From Candidatus Multivoradales bacterium (GTDB lineage Bacteria; Acidobacteriota; Thermoanaerobaculia; Multivoradales; J023), in the NCBI GenBank assembly GCA_965248925.1, contig CBDFLE010000006.1, forward strand, positions 2,842,319-2,906,318: a stretch of DNA of 64,000 nt. Direction: 5' to 3'. The notes under the pieces are model-generated. The model had not been told where the DNA came from. It saw only the letters and a list, made by a program, of their open reading frames with translations, and searched no databases. The translations under genes were made by a program, and so were the position numbers. Shown piece by piece: positions 1-8,505 of the stretch (within the stretch, counting starts at the first letter, position 1; every line of letters starts with the position of its first letter).

Positions 1-558
1 AATGTACAGCTACCGGCCAATGTGGGGGCAATCGGAATTCTCGAAGAATACCGCTACTTCGTGCGCCAGGAGTTCGACATTGCCGGTGACGACACCAGCC
101 GGCCCACCCCGTCGCTGAGTCGGGCGCGAGTCTATCCCGGCACCAACGTCCTGCATCGCGAAGGCTCGGTGACCATTGCCGACAATATCATCGACCTCCA
201 ATTGGCACTCGGCGTCGACCACTTGCTCGATGGTCTGGCTGCCGATGGGGTGACCGCGGCGCTCAACGGACTGATCACCGACGATGGCAGCGAGACGGAT
301 GAAGTGCTCTACAACAATACCGCCGACGTTGATGGCCTCGCCAACCCGCTGGTCAGTCCGTGGGCAGGAAACGGCGCAGCCCTGGGTTTTCTCCGTTTCA
401 GCACCCTTGCCCAGACCGACCGCATGGACCGACATTTTGCGGTGCCGGAGCTTTCGCCCTTAGAAGATCGGACCTACGATGCGAGCAGCGACTTGATGAA
501 ATACCCGACCCGTAAACGAGTACTTACCACCGTGATCGACTTCAGGAATATCCCGTGA
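1..558 (+). CDS. C-terminal fragment of a type IV pilus assembly / minor-pilin-like protein (PilW-like); the 5' end lies upstream of the window
   Basis: An ORF runs off the window start. Its stop overlaps the GTG start of the next gene (GTGA coupling at 555-558). Its position immediately upstream of pilX and pilY1 matches the usual fimU-pilV-pilW-pilX-pilY1 order. No recognisable domain within the fragment itself, so the call rests on context. Confidence 0.4.
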   Translation, partial: NVQLPANVGAIGILEEYRYFVRQEFDIAGDDTSRPTPSLSRARVYPGTNVLHREGSVTIADNIIDLQLALGVDHLLDGLAADGVTAALNGLITDDGSETDEVLYNNTADVDGLANPLVSPWAGNGAALGFLRFSTLAQTDRMDRHFAVPELSPLEDRTYDASSDLMKYPTRKRVLTTVIDFRNIP

Positions 559-1136
559 ATAAAACCCCCAGCCAACGACACTCACAGCAGGGTGGTACCT
601 TCATCCTGGTTCTCATGGCCATCTTGGTGTTTACTTTCCTAGGTCTTTCCTTAGCAGTGGTAACTGAGACCGAGATGACTCTGGGAGCCAACATGCAGAG
701 CATCAATCGTACTTACTTCAGTGCCGAGTCCGGCTTGGCTGCCGCGGTGGCCGCGGTGATGACTACCAACGATTGGTCGGGCGAGAGCTTCCTGGTCACG
801 GAGCGGGAAATTGGCAATCCCAGTGCGTCCGATAATCTGGTGATCGGCTATCGAGTGCAATCCACTCCCGTAGAACTCATCGGCCGCTCGCAGCCACCCC
901 TTTCCAATGCCAATTGGGGAGAGCGAACCCACAACACCTTCTTCGTCCGCACGTCGGCGAGCGCCCAGCGCGTCGCTTACCAGGAATCCGAGGGGGCAAG
1001 GGATGTCGTCAATGGCACGACTGCGGGCGACCTGACTTTCGAGTCGCAGCGTGTCGCCACTACCTCCATGCTGCTCTCGCCGCTCGAAGATCCACCCCTG
1101 CAGCAGCTCGATCTCGCCCGCGACGGAGTGCCCTAG
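555..1136 (+). CDS. pilX: Type IV pilus minor pilin / assembly protein PilX
   Basis: The N-terminus (QQGGTFILVLMAILVFTFLGLSLAVVTETEMTLGANMQSINRTYFSAESGLAAA) matches the PilX_N pattern: a hydrophobic helix followed by E..M..N and A.Y.AE..L motifs. GTG start overlaps the upstream stop. pilY1 follows directly. Confidence 0.6.
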   Translation: MNKTPSQRHSQQGGTFILVLMAILVFTFLGLSLAVVTETEMTLGANMQSINRTYFSAESGLAAAVAAVMTTNDWSGESFLVTEREIGNPSASDNLVIGYRVQSTPVELIGRSQPPLSNANWGERTHNTFFVRTSASAQRVAYQESEGARDVVNGTTAGDLTFESQRVATTSMLLSPLEDPPLQQLDLARDGVP

Positions 1137-1164
1137 GCGTTATCTAGGAGCGGGAGGAAGAGAG

Positions 1165-4100
1165 ATGATTTTCATGCACGTAAACAACCCGAGGACCGTA
1201 ATGTTCACCATCCCAGAAAGTCCCTACCGTCGAGGGTGGCGCCCGGCCGCGATCGCCGGAGTCCTCGCGCTGCTCTTACTGGCTGCAACATCCGTCTCGG
1301 CAGACGACCGTTCCTTGCTGCGTGATTCGGCTGGAGAGCCCTATGTCTTCATCATCTTCGACACCTCCGGATCGATGCATTGGACGCCCCGTTGCCCGCT
1401 AGCGGATTTCAGCCGCCCGCCCGGAGATCCCGAGAAATGCAACCAACTCTGCGCGCCGGGCGACTGCTTTGCTCCAATGCAAGGAGACGATCCGAACTCA
1501 AAGTTGTATATCGCCAAAGAAGCGCTCTACGAAATCATCGATCAAGTAGACGATATGCACTTTGGCTTTGCGACCTACAATCAGGATGAGCTGAGGGTGC
1601 GCCACAAGCATTGGCTGTACGAGGTTGCCGAACATCAGCCCACCGGACCTGACAATCGGGGTATTGAACTGGTGAACGGCGAGCGTTTTCCCTGCGACCC
1701 GATCTCGCAAGCAGCGGGTGATTGTGCAACCGTAGCGCAAGAAGTCTTTGGCTACGGTCCCGGTAGTGATGAAGATTGGGATTGTGACAATGGCAGCGGT
1801 TTCAATGACCGGGGCTGCAAGGGGTCGAACCCCTCGGACACCAATGATCCGGTCGAGCTGATGCGGGTGCATCGGTATCCCAAGTTGGGGCGTTTCCGCA
1901 CCACCACCACGCGACTCTATATTCGCTCCTCTGACGGTTTGCACTACCGCGCCACCTACACTCAGGGGGCGACCGCCGACCTGTTCGGCAACCCGACCTT
2001 CAGCGCCACGATCAGGGTGGATCGTTGCAATAACAGCAGCTGTTCCGACCGCACCTACAGAGATCAGAAGCAGATCCACTACGAATTGGTCGACGAATTC
2101 CTGGCTTGGGACTTTCAGCCCAACACGTCCGAGAGCAAGCGCGGTTTCTTCAGCCAGGGAGAGGCTTCCGACAGCCCCGCCGATGGCGGCAGCAGCTGCA
2201 ACGGCTGGGATAGTAACGACGATACTAGTGCCGACAAGTACCCCAACAGTTCGGGTTACAACATCCGTTTCCCGACCCTCGGCAGCGATCCCCGCGGACC
2301 GGCCTTCAATACTGGCGATGTCATTCCGCTCGATTGGCGCGCCAAACAACGCAGCGCAATCAAAGAGCGCTTGGCTCCCAACTTAGTGGGTAGTCCGTCC
2401 GCCGCCCCTGATTTCAGCAGCGCTGGTTATTTCGCCGACAGCCGGACTTCTAGCAACGACTTCCTGCTCCTGAAACAGCCGAACGAGCGACCGATCCTAG
2501 CCTTTGGCGCGACCCCGCTAGGTGGATCGCTGGCAAACTTCGAGACTTGGTTCACGGACTTCGCCGCGGTTGCCGCGGTGCAGGATCCGCTGTTCAACTG
2601 CCGGGCCAAGTATGTGCTTTTCCTCACTGACGGTGACGCATCCGGTTGCGATCCGGTCGATGCTTGCACCGCGGCGACTAACCTGCGCTCTCAGCTGGTT
2701 AAGACTTTTGTCGTCGCCTTCGGGGTGCAAGGCGGCGGTAACAAGCTGGGCTGTATGGCTACCAACGGCGGCACCGGTGAACCGGTGTTCCCGCAGAACA
2801 AGCAACAGTTGGTGGAGTCCTTGGGACAGATCTTCAATGAGATCCGTGCCGAGACCAAAGCATTTTCAGCGGCCTCCGTACCCACCGTTCAGCGTGAAAC
2901 CGCCGATAAGATCTATCTCTCGAGCTTCACGCCGCTTCCTGGCGAGAGCTTCTGGAGCGGGTCCCTACAGGCATTCCGCAAGCAAATTCCCCTGACCGAT
3001 GACAATCGTCCAGATTCCTCGAAAGTGTGCTCCAGCAGTGTTCAATCCAGTTGTTTGCTGTGGGAGGCTGGGGCCAATCTCTATGACCAAGCGCCGACCC
3101 AAAGTCAAGTAGATGCTGGCAATTACCGACTCAGTATCTCAGCCAATGAGCGGCGAGTGTTCTATCCCCGGCAAAGTCTCACCGGCGAGGTGCCAGGTTC
3201 GTTGCGGCTGTTCGAGCCGCCGACACCGGCTAGCGGTCCGGTGATCACGGCTGAGGAAGCGGACTTCTGGAATGCTTTGGACCTGGATCCCGATCCCCTC
3301 GATGCGCCGAGCAACCGAACCCGCGCGACCACAGTGGTGAAGAAAGTGCTGCGGCAGAAAACGGCTTCGATCATCAATCTCGATGGCATGCAGACGGAAG
3401 TCAACTACGTGTTGGGCGACATCTTCCATGCTGACCCGCGGGTTCTCAGCGCACCGAGCACGGTGGAGTACTACATCAATGACGTGTGCGGCAGCGGGGC
3501 GGTGGTTGGGATTCCGAACAATTGTCCAGCGGGCATTGACGACCGGGGCTACAAGGACTTTGCCGACCGCCACCAATTCCGCCGCCGGATGCTTGCGATC
3601 GGTGCCAACGATGGCCAGATGCACTTCTTCAACGCGGGTGTGCGGCGTAAAGTTGGCGGTACCAACTTTGTTGACGATGGCACCGGGAAAGAGCTGTTCT
3701 CCGTCATGCCGCGGTTGTCGATGCCAGCTCTAACGCGGCAGGTGGAAGACGTTTTCGACCGCCATGTGTTTACGGTCGACGGTAGTGTTTCGACCGGCGA
3801 TGTGATGATCGATCCGGTGCACAACGGTAGTCCTGTGGCCGCCGATCGGGAGTGGCGCACAGTGCTTGTGGGTGGCTTGCGGGAATCAGGTTTTGTCCTC
3901 GGTGCCGATCGCTTAGAAAAGGTCAATGGCTATTACGCTTTGGACATTACTCTGCCCGATCCGACGGTCACCGACAACGGTGTTATCGTTCCGGCATCTT
4001 CGAACGAAGTGCCAGCTTGCTTGCTCCTCGCCGGATCCGGCCAGGGTATCAACGCGTCCTGCGAAACCCTGTCTAGCGAGGGTTTGCCATTCCCTGCACA

Positions 4101-5541
4101 GATGTGGTCATGGTCGGATCGAGAGGTCAACCCGGGCGCTCTTGGTAACCCGGCAACCGGTCCAGACTTCTTCTATCTAGATGAAGAGGATGTCAACGGT
4201 GATGGTAACCCCGACGGTAATGGCGAGCCCGATCTTGGTGACGGTTGGTCAGTGCCGGTCATCGGCCAGATTCGCATTTGCCGCGGACCCGATTGTGACC
4301 CCAGTGGTAACGGCGGAGATATAAGGACCGTCTTTGTGTCGATCTTCGGTGGTGGCCTCGACCCGGAGCACAAGACCGATCCCCGCCGCGGCCAGTTCAT
4401 TTACATGGTCGATATCGAAACCGGGCGGACGATCTATAAGCGGCAGGTCGATGGCGCCGTACCGGCAACCCCAGCGGCGCTCGACATCGATCAGAACGGC
4501 GTCCTCGATCGTGTTTACTTCGGTACTACTGAAGGTTCGGTCTATAAAATCGATTTGCAGGCACTGAATAGCTCGGGGCAGGTTCCTGGCTTGGTGTCGT
4601 TCGGCATCGACAATTCGCGCTTGGACGGCTCGCCATTGGCAGTGGGCATTTCCATCCCGACAGAGAGAGTTCTAGACCCAGCCTGGGAGCCGCTTGAGAT
4701 CTTCCAGACCGGTGAAGACACCTTTATCAACGCAATTGGCGACACCGTAAGCGTCGGTCGTCGGCCGATCTATCAAGCGATCACAACCTTGTTCGTGCCT
4801 GACCTGTCACAGTACGCGCTCACCTTCGGTACTGGAGACCGGGAGAATCTGTGGGAGCAATCGCGCTTCACGGGCCGGCAGTACTTGATCGTCGACCAGG
4901 GCTTTGAGCCTCTAAGCTCTGGTCTGCCCAGACAGGAGGACGATTACGAGAAGATCGCCTTCGACGCGTCCACTTCCGGTGGGGATTTCATCCTCAATCC
5001 CACCGCCGCCAGTCGTGGATGGGTATTGCAGCTGGAGAAGGAAGACCGTTTGATTACTCAGACCTTTGCTTTGGTCGGAGTGCTGGTCTTTACCGTCTTT
5101 GAGCCGCAGATCGATGTCAACAGCGCTGACGATGTAGATGGTGACGGTATTCCCGACACGCTCTGTGCTTTCTCAGGGGTGAGTAAGGCCTTCGTCATTG
5201 CCGCTGACAACGCGGATCCGGTGGCGAATCTCGAGGCGCTTACAACCTCCGCCATCGAAGGCGGGCGAGGTTTGAAGATCAACGACTTCACGACCTCTCC
5301 CTTTGTCGATCAGACAGCCACCAAGAACCCTGAGGATCCTTCTCAGAGCACCCTCAACAGTGCGTTGCAGGAGCAGATCCAGCGCGAGATTCGCGAGTCA
5401 CTGAAGCGTTTCTTCCCCAAAGGCTGTCGCTACAGTGACGCCTACAATTTGACCGTTAATGCAAGTCAGTCAAACACCGGCTTGGTGCGCTACGCGACCA
5501 TACCGATTGCCATGTGTCCAGTAGATTGGGTTGATCGGTAG
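1165..5541 (+). CDS. pilY1: Type IV pilus tip adhesin PilY1-like protein (about 1459 aa) with an N-terminal vWA domain and a C-terminal beta-propeller-like domain
   Basis: ATG at 1165 is preceded by GGAGG at about 1153 and followed by a signal peptide (AIAGVLALLLLAATSVSA). The vWA/MIDAS signature reads FIIFDTSGSMHW ... VLFLTDGDASGCD ... TFVVAFG. The C-terminal region carries the PilY1-type Ca-binding-loop-like motif DIDQNGVLDRVYFGTTEGSVYKIDL and further propeller-like repeats. Gene order pilX-pilY1 is as expected. Confidence 0.75.
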   Translation: MIFMHVNNPRTVMFTIPESPYRRGWRPAAIAGVLALLLLAATSVSADDRSLLRDSAGEPYVFIIFDTSGSMHWTPRCPLADFSRPPGDPEKCNQLCAPGDCFAPMQGDDPNSKLYIAKEALYEIIDQVDDMHFGFATYNQDELRVRHKHWLYEVAEHQPTGPDNRGIELVNGERFPCDPISQAAGDCATVAQEVFGYGPGSDEDWDCDNGSGFNDRGCKGSNPSDTNDPVELMRVHRYPKLGRFRTTTTRLYIRSSDGLHYRATYTQGATADLFGNPTFSATIRVDRCNNSSCSDRTYRDQKQIHYELVDEFLAWDFQPNTSESKRGFFSQGEASDSPADGGSSCNGWDSNDDTSADKYPNSSGYNIRFPTLGSDPRGPAFNTGDVIPLDWRAKQRSAIKERLAPNLVGSPSAAPDFSSAGYFADSRTSSNDFLLLKQPNERPILAFGATPLGGSLANFETWFTDFAAVAAVQDPLFNCRAKYVLFLTDGDASGCDPVDACTAATNLRSQLVKTFVVAFGVQGGGNKLGCMATNGGTGEPVFPQNKQQLVESLGQIFNEIRAETKAFSAASVPTVQRETADKIYLSSFTPLPGESFWSGSLQAFRKQIPLTDDNRPDSSKVCSSSVQSSCLLWEAGANLYDQAPTQSQVDAGNYRLSISANERRVFYPRQSLTGEVPGSLRLFEPPTPASGPVITAEEADFWNALDLDPDPLDAPSNRTRATTVVKKVLRQKTASIINLDGMQTEVNYVLGDIFHADPRVLSAPSTVEYYINDVCGSGAVVGIPNNCPAGIDDRGYKDFADRHQFRRRMLAIGANDGQMHFFNAGVRRKVGGTNFVDDGTGKELFSVMPRLSMPALTRQVEDVFDRHVFTVDGSVSTGDVMIDPVHNGSPVAADREWRTVLVGGLRESGFVLGADRLEKVNGYYALDITLPDPTVTDNGVIVPASSNEVPACLLLAGSGQGINASCETLSSEGLPFPAQMWSWSDREVNPGALGNPATGPDFFYLDEEDVNGDGNPDGNGEPDLGDGWSVPVIGQIRICRGPDCDPSGNGGDIRTVFVSIFGGGLDPEHKTDPRRGQFIYMVDIETGRTIYKRQVDGAVPATPAALDIDQNGVLDRVYFGTTEGSVYKIDLQALNSSGQVPGLVSFGIDNSRLDGSPLAVGISIPTERVLDPAWEPLEIFQTGEDTFINAIGDTVSVGRRPIYQAITTLFVPDLSQYALTFGTGDRENLWEQSRFTGRQYLIVDQGFEPLSSGLPRQEDDYEKIAFDASTSGGDFILNPTAASRGWVLQLEKEDRLITQTFALVGVLVFTVFEPQIDVNSADDVDGDGIPDTLCAFSGVSKAFVIAADNADPVANLEALTTSAIEGGRGLKINDFTTSPFVDQTATKNPEDPSQSTLNSALQEQIQREIRESLKRFFPKGCRYSDAYNLTVNASQSNTGLVRYATIPIAMCPVDWVDR

Positions 5542-5557
5542 ATCGAGGAGAAAGGCG

Positions 5558-6319
5558 ATGAACCGGGCAAGCAAGAAGCTGATGGTCGTCCTTGCCGGAG
5601 TGCTGGCTTTGCCGGCGGGCGCGGACTGGTTGGTCACTCGAGATGGTGCCAGGGTCGAAACCAAAGGACCCTGGAGGGTGCAGGGCTCTTCAGTGGTTTT
5701 TACTTTGCCCAGTGGCACACTCTCGTCACTGCGGCTGGCCGACATCGATCTCGATGCCAGTTCGCTAGCAACCGCTGAGGCGCGACGGCCCCAACTGACG
5801 CCGCAAATGCCTCCCCCGGTCAAGCGGCGGGCCAAATGGGTGCTGAGCGATAAGGACATTCCCCAGGCGGCACCGCTGCCGGCGCCGCCGGCCGTGCCCG
5901 ACAGTGCCTCGGCCGACACCGCCTCGCCGGTTGCCGAAGAGCAGGAGCAAGCCCCCCAGGCACAGCTTGAGGTGAGTTCCTGGGAAATGGTGGAGAACGT
6001 CGATATCGGCGGCTTGGAGATCGTCGGTGAGCTTCAAAACTCCGGCGAGGATCTAGCCTTTGGTGTCCGTGTTGTAGTGACTCTGCTCGACCAGAATGGG
6101 GTTCAGATTGGCACCAGCGACGGCTTTGTCGCTGAGAAGTCACTAGCTCCGCGCACCCGCTCGAGGTTCCGCGCCCTGTTTCCGGGGGTCTATCAGTTAG
6201 AGGCCGATCCGAGCTTCGAGCTAGCAGCGGAGAACATCCGCATCGGCTTACCGGGAGCAGAAGGCGCAGCGGCCGAGGGCGAGGAGCCGGCCGGCGAGCC
6301 GGAGCGCGGTGACGGCTGA
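5558..6319 (+). CDS. Hypothetical secreted protein encoded 16 nt downstream of pilY1
   Basis: The ATG at 5558 (residue M10 of the tracked ORF) is preceded by GGAGAAAGG. The product has a signal-peptide-like N-terminus (KKLMVVLAGVLALPAGA), a proline-rich linker (PQMPPPVKRR...PLPAPPAVP) and a C-terminal globular region. No pilin N-terminal motif. Confidence 0.5.
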   Translation: MNRASKKLMVVLAGVLALPAGADWLVTRDGARVETKGPWRVQGSSVVFTLPSGTLSSLRLADIDLDASSLATAEARRPQLTPQMPPPVKRRAKWVLSDKDIPQAAPLPAPPAVPDSASADTASPVAEEQEQAPQAQLEVSSWEMVENVDIGGLEIVGELQNSGEDLAFGVRVVVTLLDQNGVQIGTSDGFVAEKSLAPRTRSRFRALFPGVYQLEADPSFELAAENIRIGLPGAEGAAAEGEEPAGEPERGDG

Positions 6320-6399
6320 GAACCCGCGGCGCGATCTCTACTTCTTCAACAGCACAGCTTGAGCGGCACGGTTGCACCAACACAAGTCCCCCAAGAGCC

Positions 6400-7722
6400 C
6401 TAGTTACGGTATCTCGGAAACCCCTGCAGATCGTGCTGCTGCACCTTGCGTTGCAGAGTACGGTAGCTCCATCCAAGGGCCGCCGCCGCGGCTTTCTTGT
6501 TGCCGCCACTTTCTCGCAGGGCGTCGCGCAGGCGCTCTTCTTCTGGCACTTCTGACGCTGTTTCACGGGGTAGCAGGCGGGCGAAGTCGCTGCCGCTCAA
6601 GCGACCACTCTCGTCGAGGATGACGGCGCGCTCGATCAGGTTGGCTAGCTGCCGGACATTCCCCGGCCAGGGGGCCTCGCTCAGGTTTTCTAGGGCTTCT
6701 TTGCTCAGCTCTGGTGGGGTCTTGGCGTGGCGTTCGGCGATTTGTCGGCAGAGGTGGCGCGCTAGTAGGGGAATGTCGCTACGACGTTCATCTAGGGTCG
6801 GCAATTCGATGGGGAAGACGTCCAGGCGGTAGAAGAGATCCTGGCGAAAACTGCCGCTGGCGACCATCTCTCCCAGGTCGCGGTTGGTCGCCGCCACCAC
6901 CCGGGCGTCGGAGCGCAGCGAGCGACCGCCGCCAACTCGCTCGAAGGTGCGCTCTTCGAGTACCCGCAGAACTTTACCTTGCATTGACAGGCCGATCTCG
7001 CCGATCTCGTCAAGGAAGATGGTGCCACTTGCCGCTAGCTCGAAGCGCCCCGCCTGACGGCGGTTGGCACCGGTGAAGGCTCCCTTCTCGTGGCCGAAGA
7101 GCTCATTCTCCATCAAAGTCTCGGGAATGGCGGCACAGTTGACTGCCACGAATGGCCCGGCGGCCCGGCGTGACAAGCCGTGTAGGGTGCGGGCAAAGAG
7201 CTCTTTGCCAGTGCCGCTCTGACCCGTCAGTAGCACCGTGCTATCGGTGGGGGCAACCTTGCGTAGCAAGCGCAGCGCCGCTCGTAGGGTGGGATGACGG
7301 CCGACTATCGGCGGTCCTCCGAGGCATTGGAAGACCGTGCTGCTGTCGTCGGTCCCTAGCAGGCCGCGAACCAGCTCGAGCAATTCGTCGAGTTCTAGCG
7401 GCTTTTCCAGGAAGTCGGCCGCGCCCAGCTTCATTGCATCGACCGCGGTGGCAACGGTGCCGAAGGCGGTCAGCACGACTACCGGCACTTCGGGCTGGCA
7501 CTGGCGACTGGCGGCCAACACCTGCAAGCCATCAGCGCCGGGAAGTCGCAAATCGCTGAGCACCAGAGCAAAGCGCTCGCCCCTCATCAGGCGGCCAATC
7601 GCTTCGTCACCAGCGGCGGCGGTGGTGACTTGGTGGCCAGCGCTTTCCAGTGTGTGGCGCATTAGTTTACGCAGCGCGTCACGGTCTTCGACCACTAGAA
7701 TGGTCTCCTGCGTAGCGCTCAA
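6400..7722 (-). CDS. Sigma-54-dependent response regulator (NtrC family): REC + AAA+ sigma-54 activator + Fis-type HTH
   Basis: The receiver domain reads ILVVEDRD...LVLSDLRLPG...KLGAADFLEKP. The AAA+ region carries Walker A (GQSGTGKE), the GAFTGA sigma-54 contact motif (FGHEKGAFTGA), Walker B (TIFLDEIGE) and the arginine finger (LFYRLDV). The C-terminal HTH reads GNKKAAAAALGWSYRTLQRK. The proposed start is TTG at 7722 with GGAGG 5 nt upstream; the 174 nt that the tracked ORF adds upstream look non-coding. Confidence 0.85.
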   Translation of the reverse strand: MSATQETILVVEDRDALRKLMRHTLESAGHQVTTAAAGDEAIGRLMRGERFALVLSDLRLPGADGLQVLAASRQCQPEVPVVVLTAFGTVATAVDAMKLGAADFLEKPLELDELLELVRGLLGTDDSSTVFQCLGGPPIVGRHPTLRAALRLLRKVAPTDSTVLLTGQSGTGKELFARTLHGLSRRAAGPFVAVNCAAIPETLMENELFGHEKGAFTGANRRQAGRFELAASGTIFLDEIGEIGLSMQGKVLRVLEERTFERVGGGRSLRSDARVVAATNRDLGEMVASGSFRQDLFYRLDVFPIELPTLDERRSDIPLLARHLCRQIAERHAKTPPELSKEALENLSEAPWPGNVRQLANLIERAVILDESGRLSGSDFARLLPRETASEVPEEERLRDALRESGGNKKAAAAALGWSYRTLQRKVQQHDLQGFPRYRN

Positions 7723-7886
7723 CCAGACCTCCAGGCGAGAGTTTGCCGGGTTGCTTGGACCCGAGCCGGGCGGCTTCCGTATAATTCCATGTGCATGTAA
7801 GGCCGGGCCTACGTGGTGCAAGCCAGCATTGCGCGCTATTGTAGCGTGCGACCCGCGATCGCCTCGATGATCTAGAGTAATCAGCC

Positions 7887-8483
7887 GTGAGCCCAAAAAC
7901 CATATCGCCTTCGTCTTTGGCGCTCGAGCGCCAGGCGCAGCAGAGAGACCTCGACCGTCTGGCTGCCGATATTCAGCAGTACCGAGTCGACTATCTGCGT
8001 TTCTTTGCCGGCGACCGCAAGTTACCGCCCTATGAACTGCGGGATCGACTGAATGCCGGACTGCGGCAGCTGCGAAGTCAGCGCGGGCTGGGTGCGGCGG
8101 GACAGTTTCGCCTCACGACTCTGGAATCTCAGTTCAACAGCTTTTGTGACCTCTTTGGTCGGCGCGAACGCGAGCGGGAAAAGTCTGCCGTAGCTAGGCC
8201 GCTGGTGAAGAGTCCACAGTACGACTCAGAGAGCGGTGTGATCATCGGCCATCGGCCAGCCGACGGCACCGTTGAAGCCCTCTACAAACGACTGTACCTC
8301 CGTCGGCAAACCCCCAATCCGAAGATGGATGTCGAGCGATTTCGTTCCTATCTGGCCCGCCAGGCGGATGCGATCCGCGGCAAGACCGGCTGCGCTGACA
8401 TCAAATTTCGGGTGGTGGTGGAAGACGGCAAGACGAAGCTCAAGGCTAAGCCCATGCGGCGTACCGCTGCCAAGTTGGGCTAG
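7887..8483 (+). CDS. Hypothetical protein
   Basis: A 198-aa ORF with a GTG start and no clear RBS. Divergent from the sigma-54 regulator. No recognised domain. Strand and spacing fit an operon with the downstream TPR gene. Confidence 0.4.
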   Translation: MSPKTISPSSLALERQAQQRDLDRLAADIQQYRVDYLRFFAGDRKLPPYELRDRLNAGLRQLRSQRGLGAAGQFRLTTLESQFNSFCDLFGRREREREKSAVARPLVKSPQYDSESGVIIGHRPADGTVEALYKRLYLRRQTPNPKMDVERFRSYLARQADAIRGKTGCADIKFRVVVEDGKTKLKAKPMRRTAAKLG

Positions 8484-8505
8484 CTCAACCGACGAGGAGA
8501 CGAAC

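Noticed and set aside
1498-2349. A 283-aa ORF antisense to pilY1. Many similar long ORFs exist antisense or out-of-frame to confident genes, for example 5820-6566, 8910-9572, 12243-13001, 12817-13809, 14618-15433, 17127-17867, 20196-20809, 44696-45746, 47965-48471, 55538-56197, 56327-57184, 57221-57844 and 62621-63169.
   Set aside because: All overlap strongly supported genes carrying conserved family motifs. Their products are low-complexity, Arg/Ala/Pro-rich translations typical of high-GC DNA with few stop codons. They have no RBS and no recognisable domains.
6400-7896. The full 498-aa version of the sigma-54 regulator ORF.
   Set aside because: The first 58 codons precede the receiver domain, are Gly/His/Arg-rich and lack an RBS. 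The TTG at 7722, with GGAGG 5 nt upstream, starts exactly at the REC domain.
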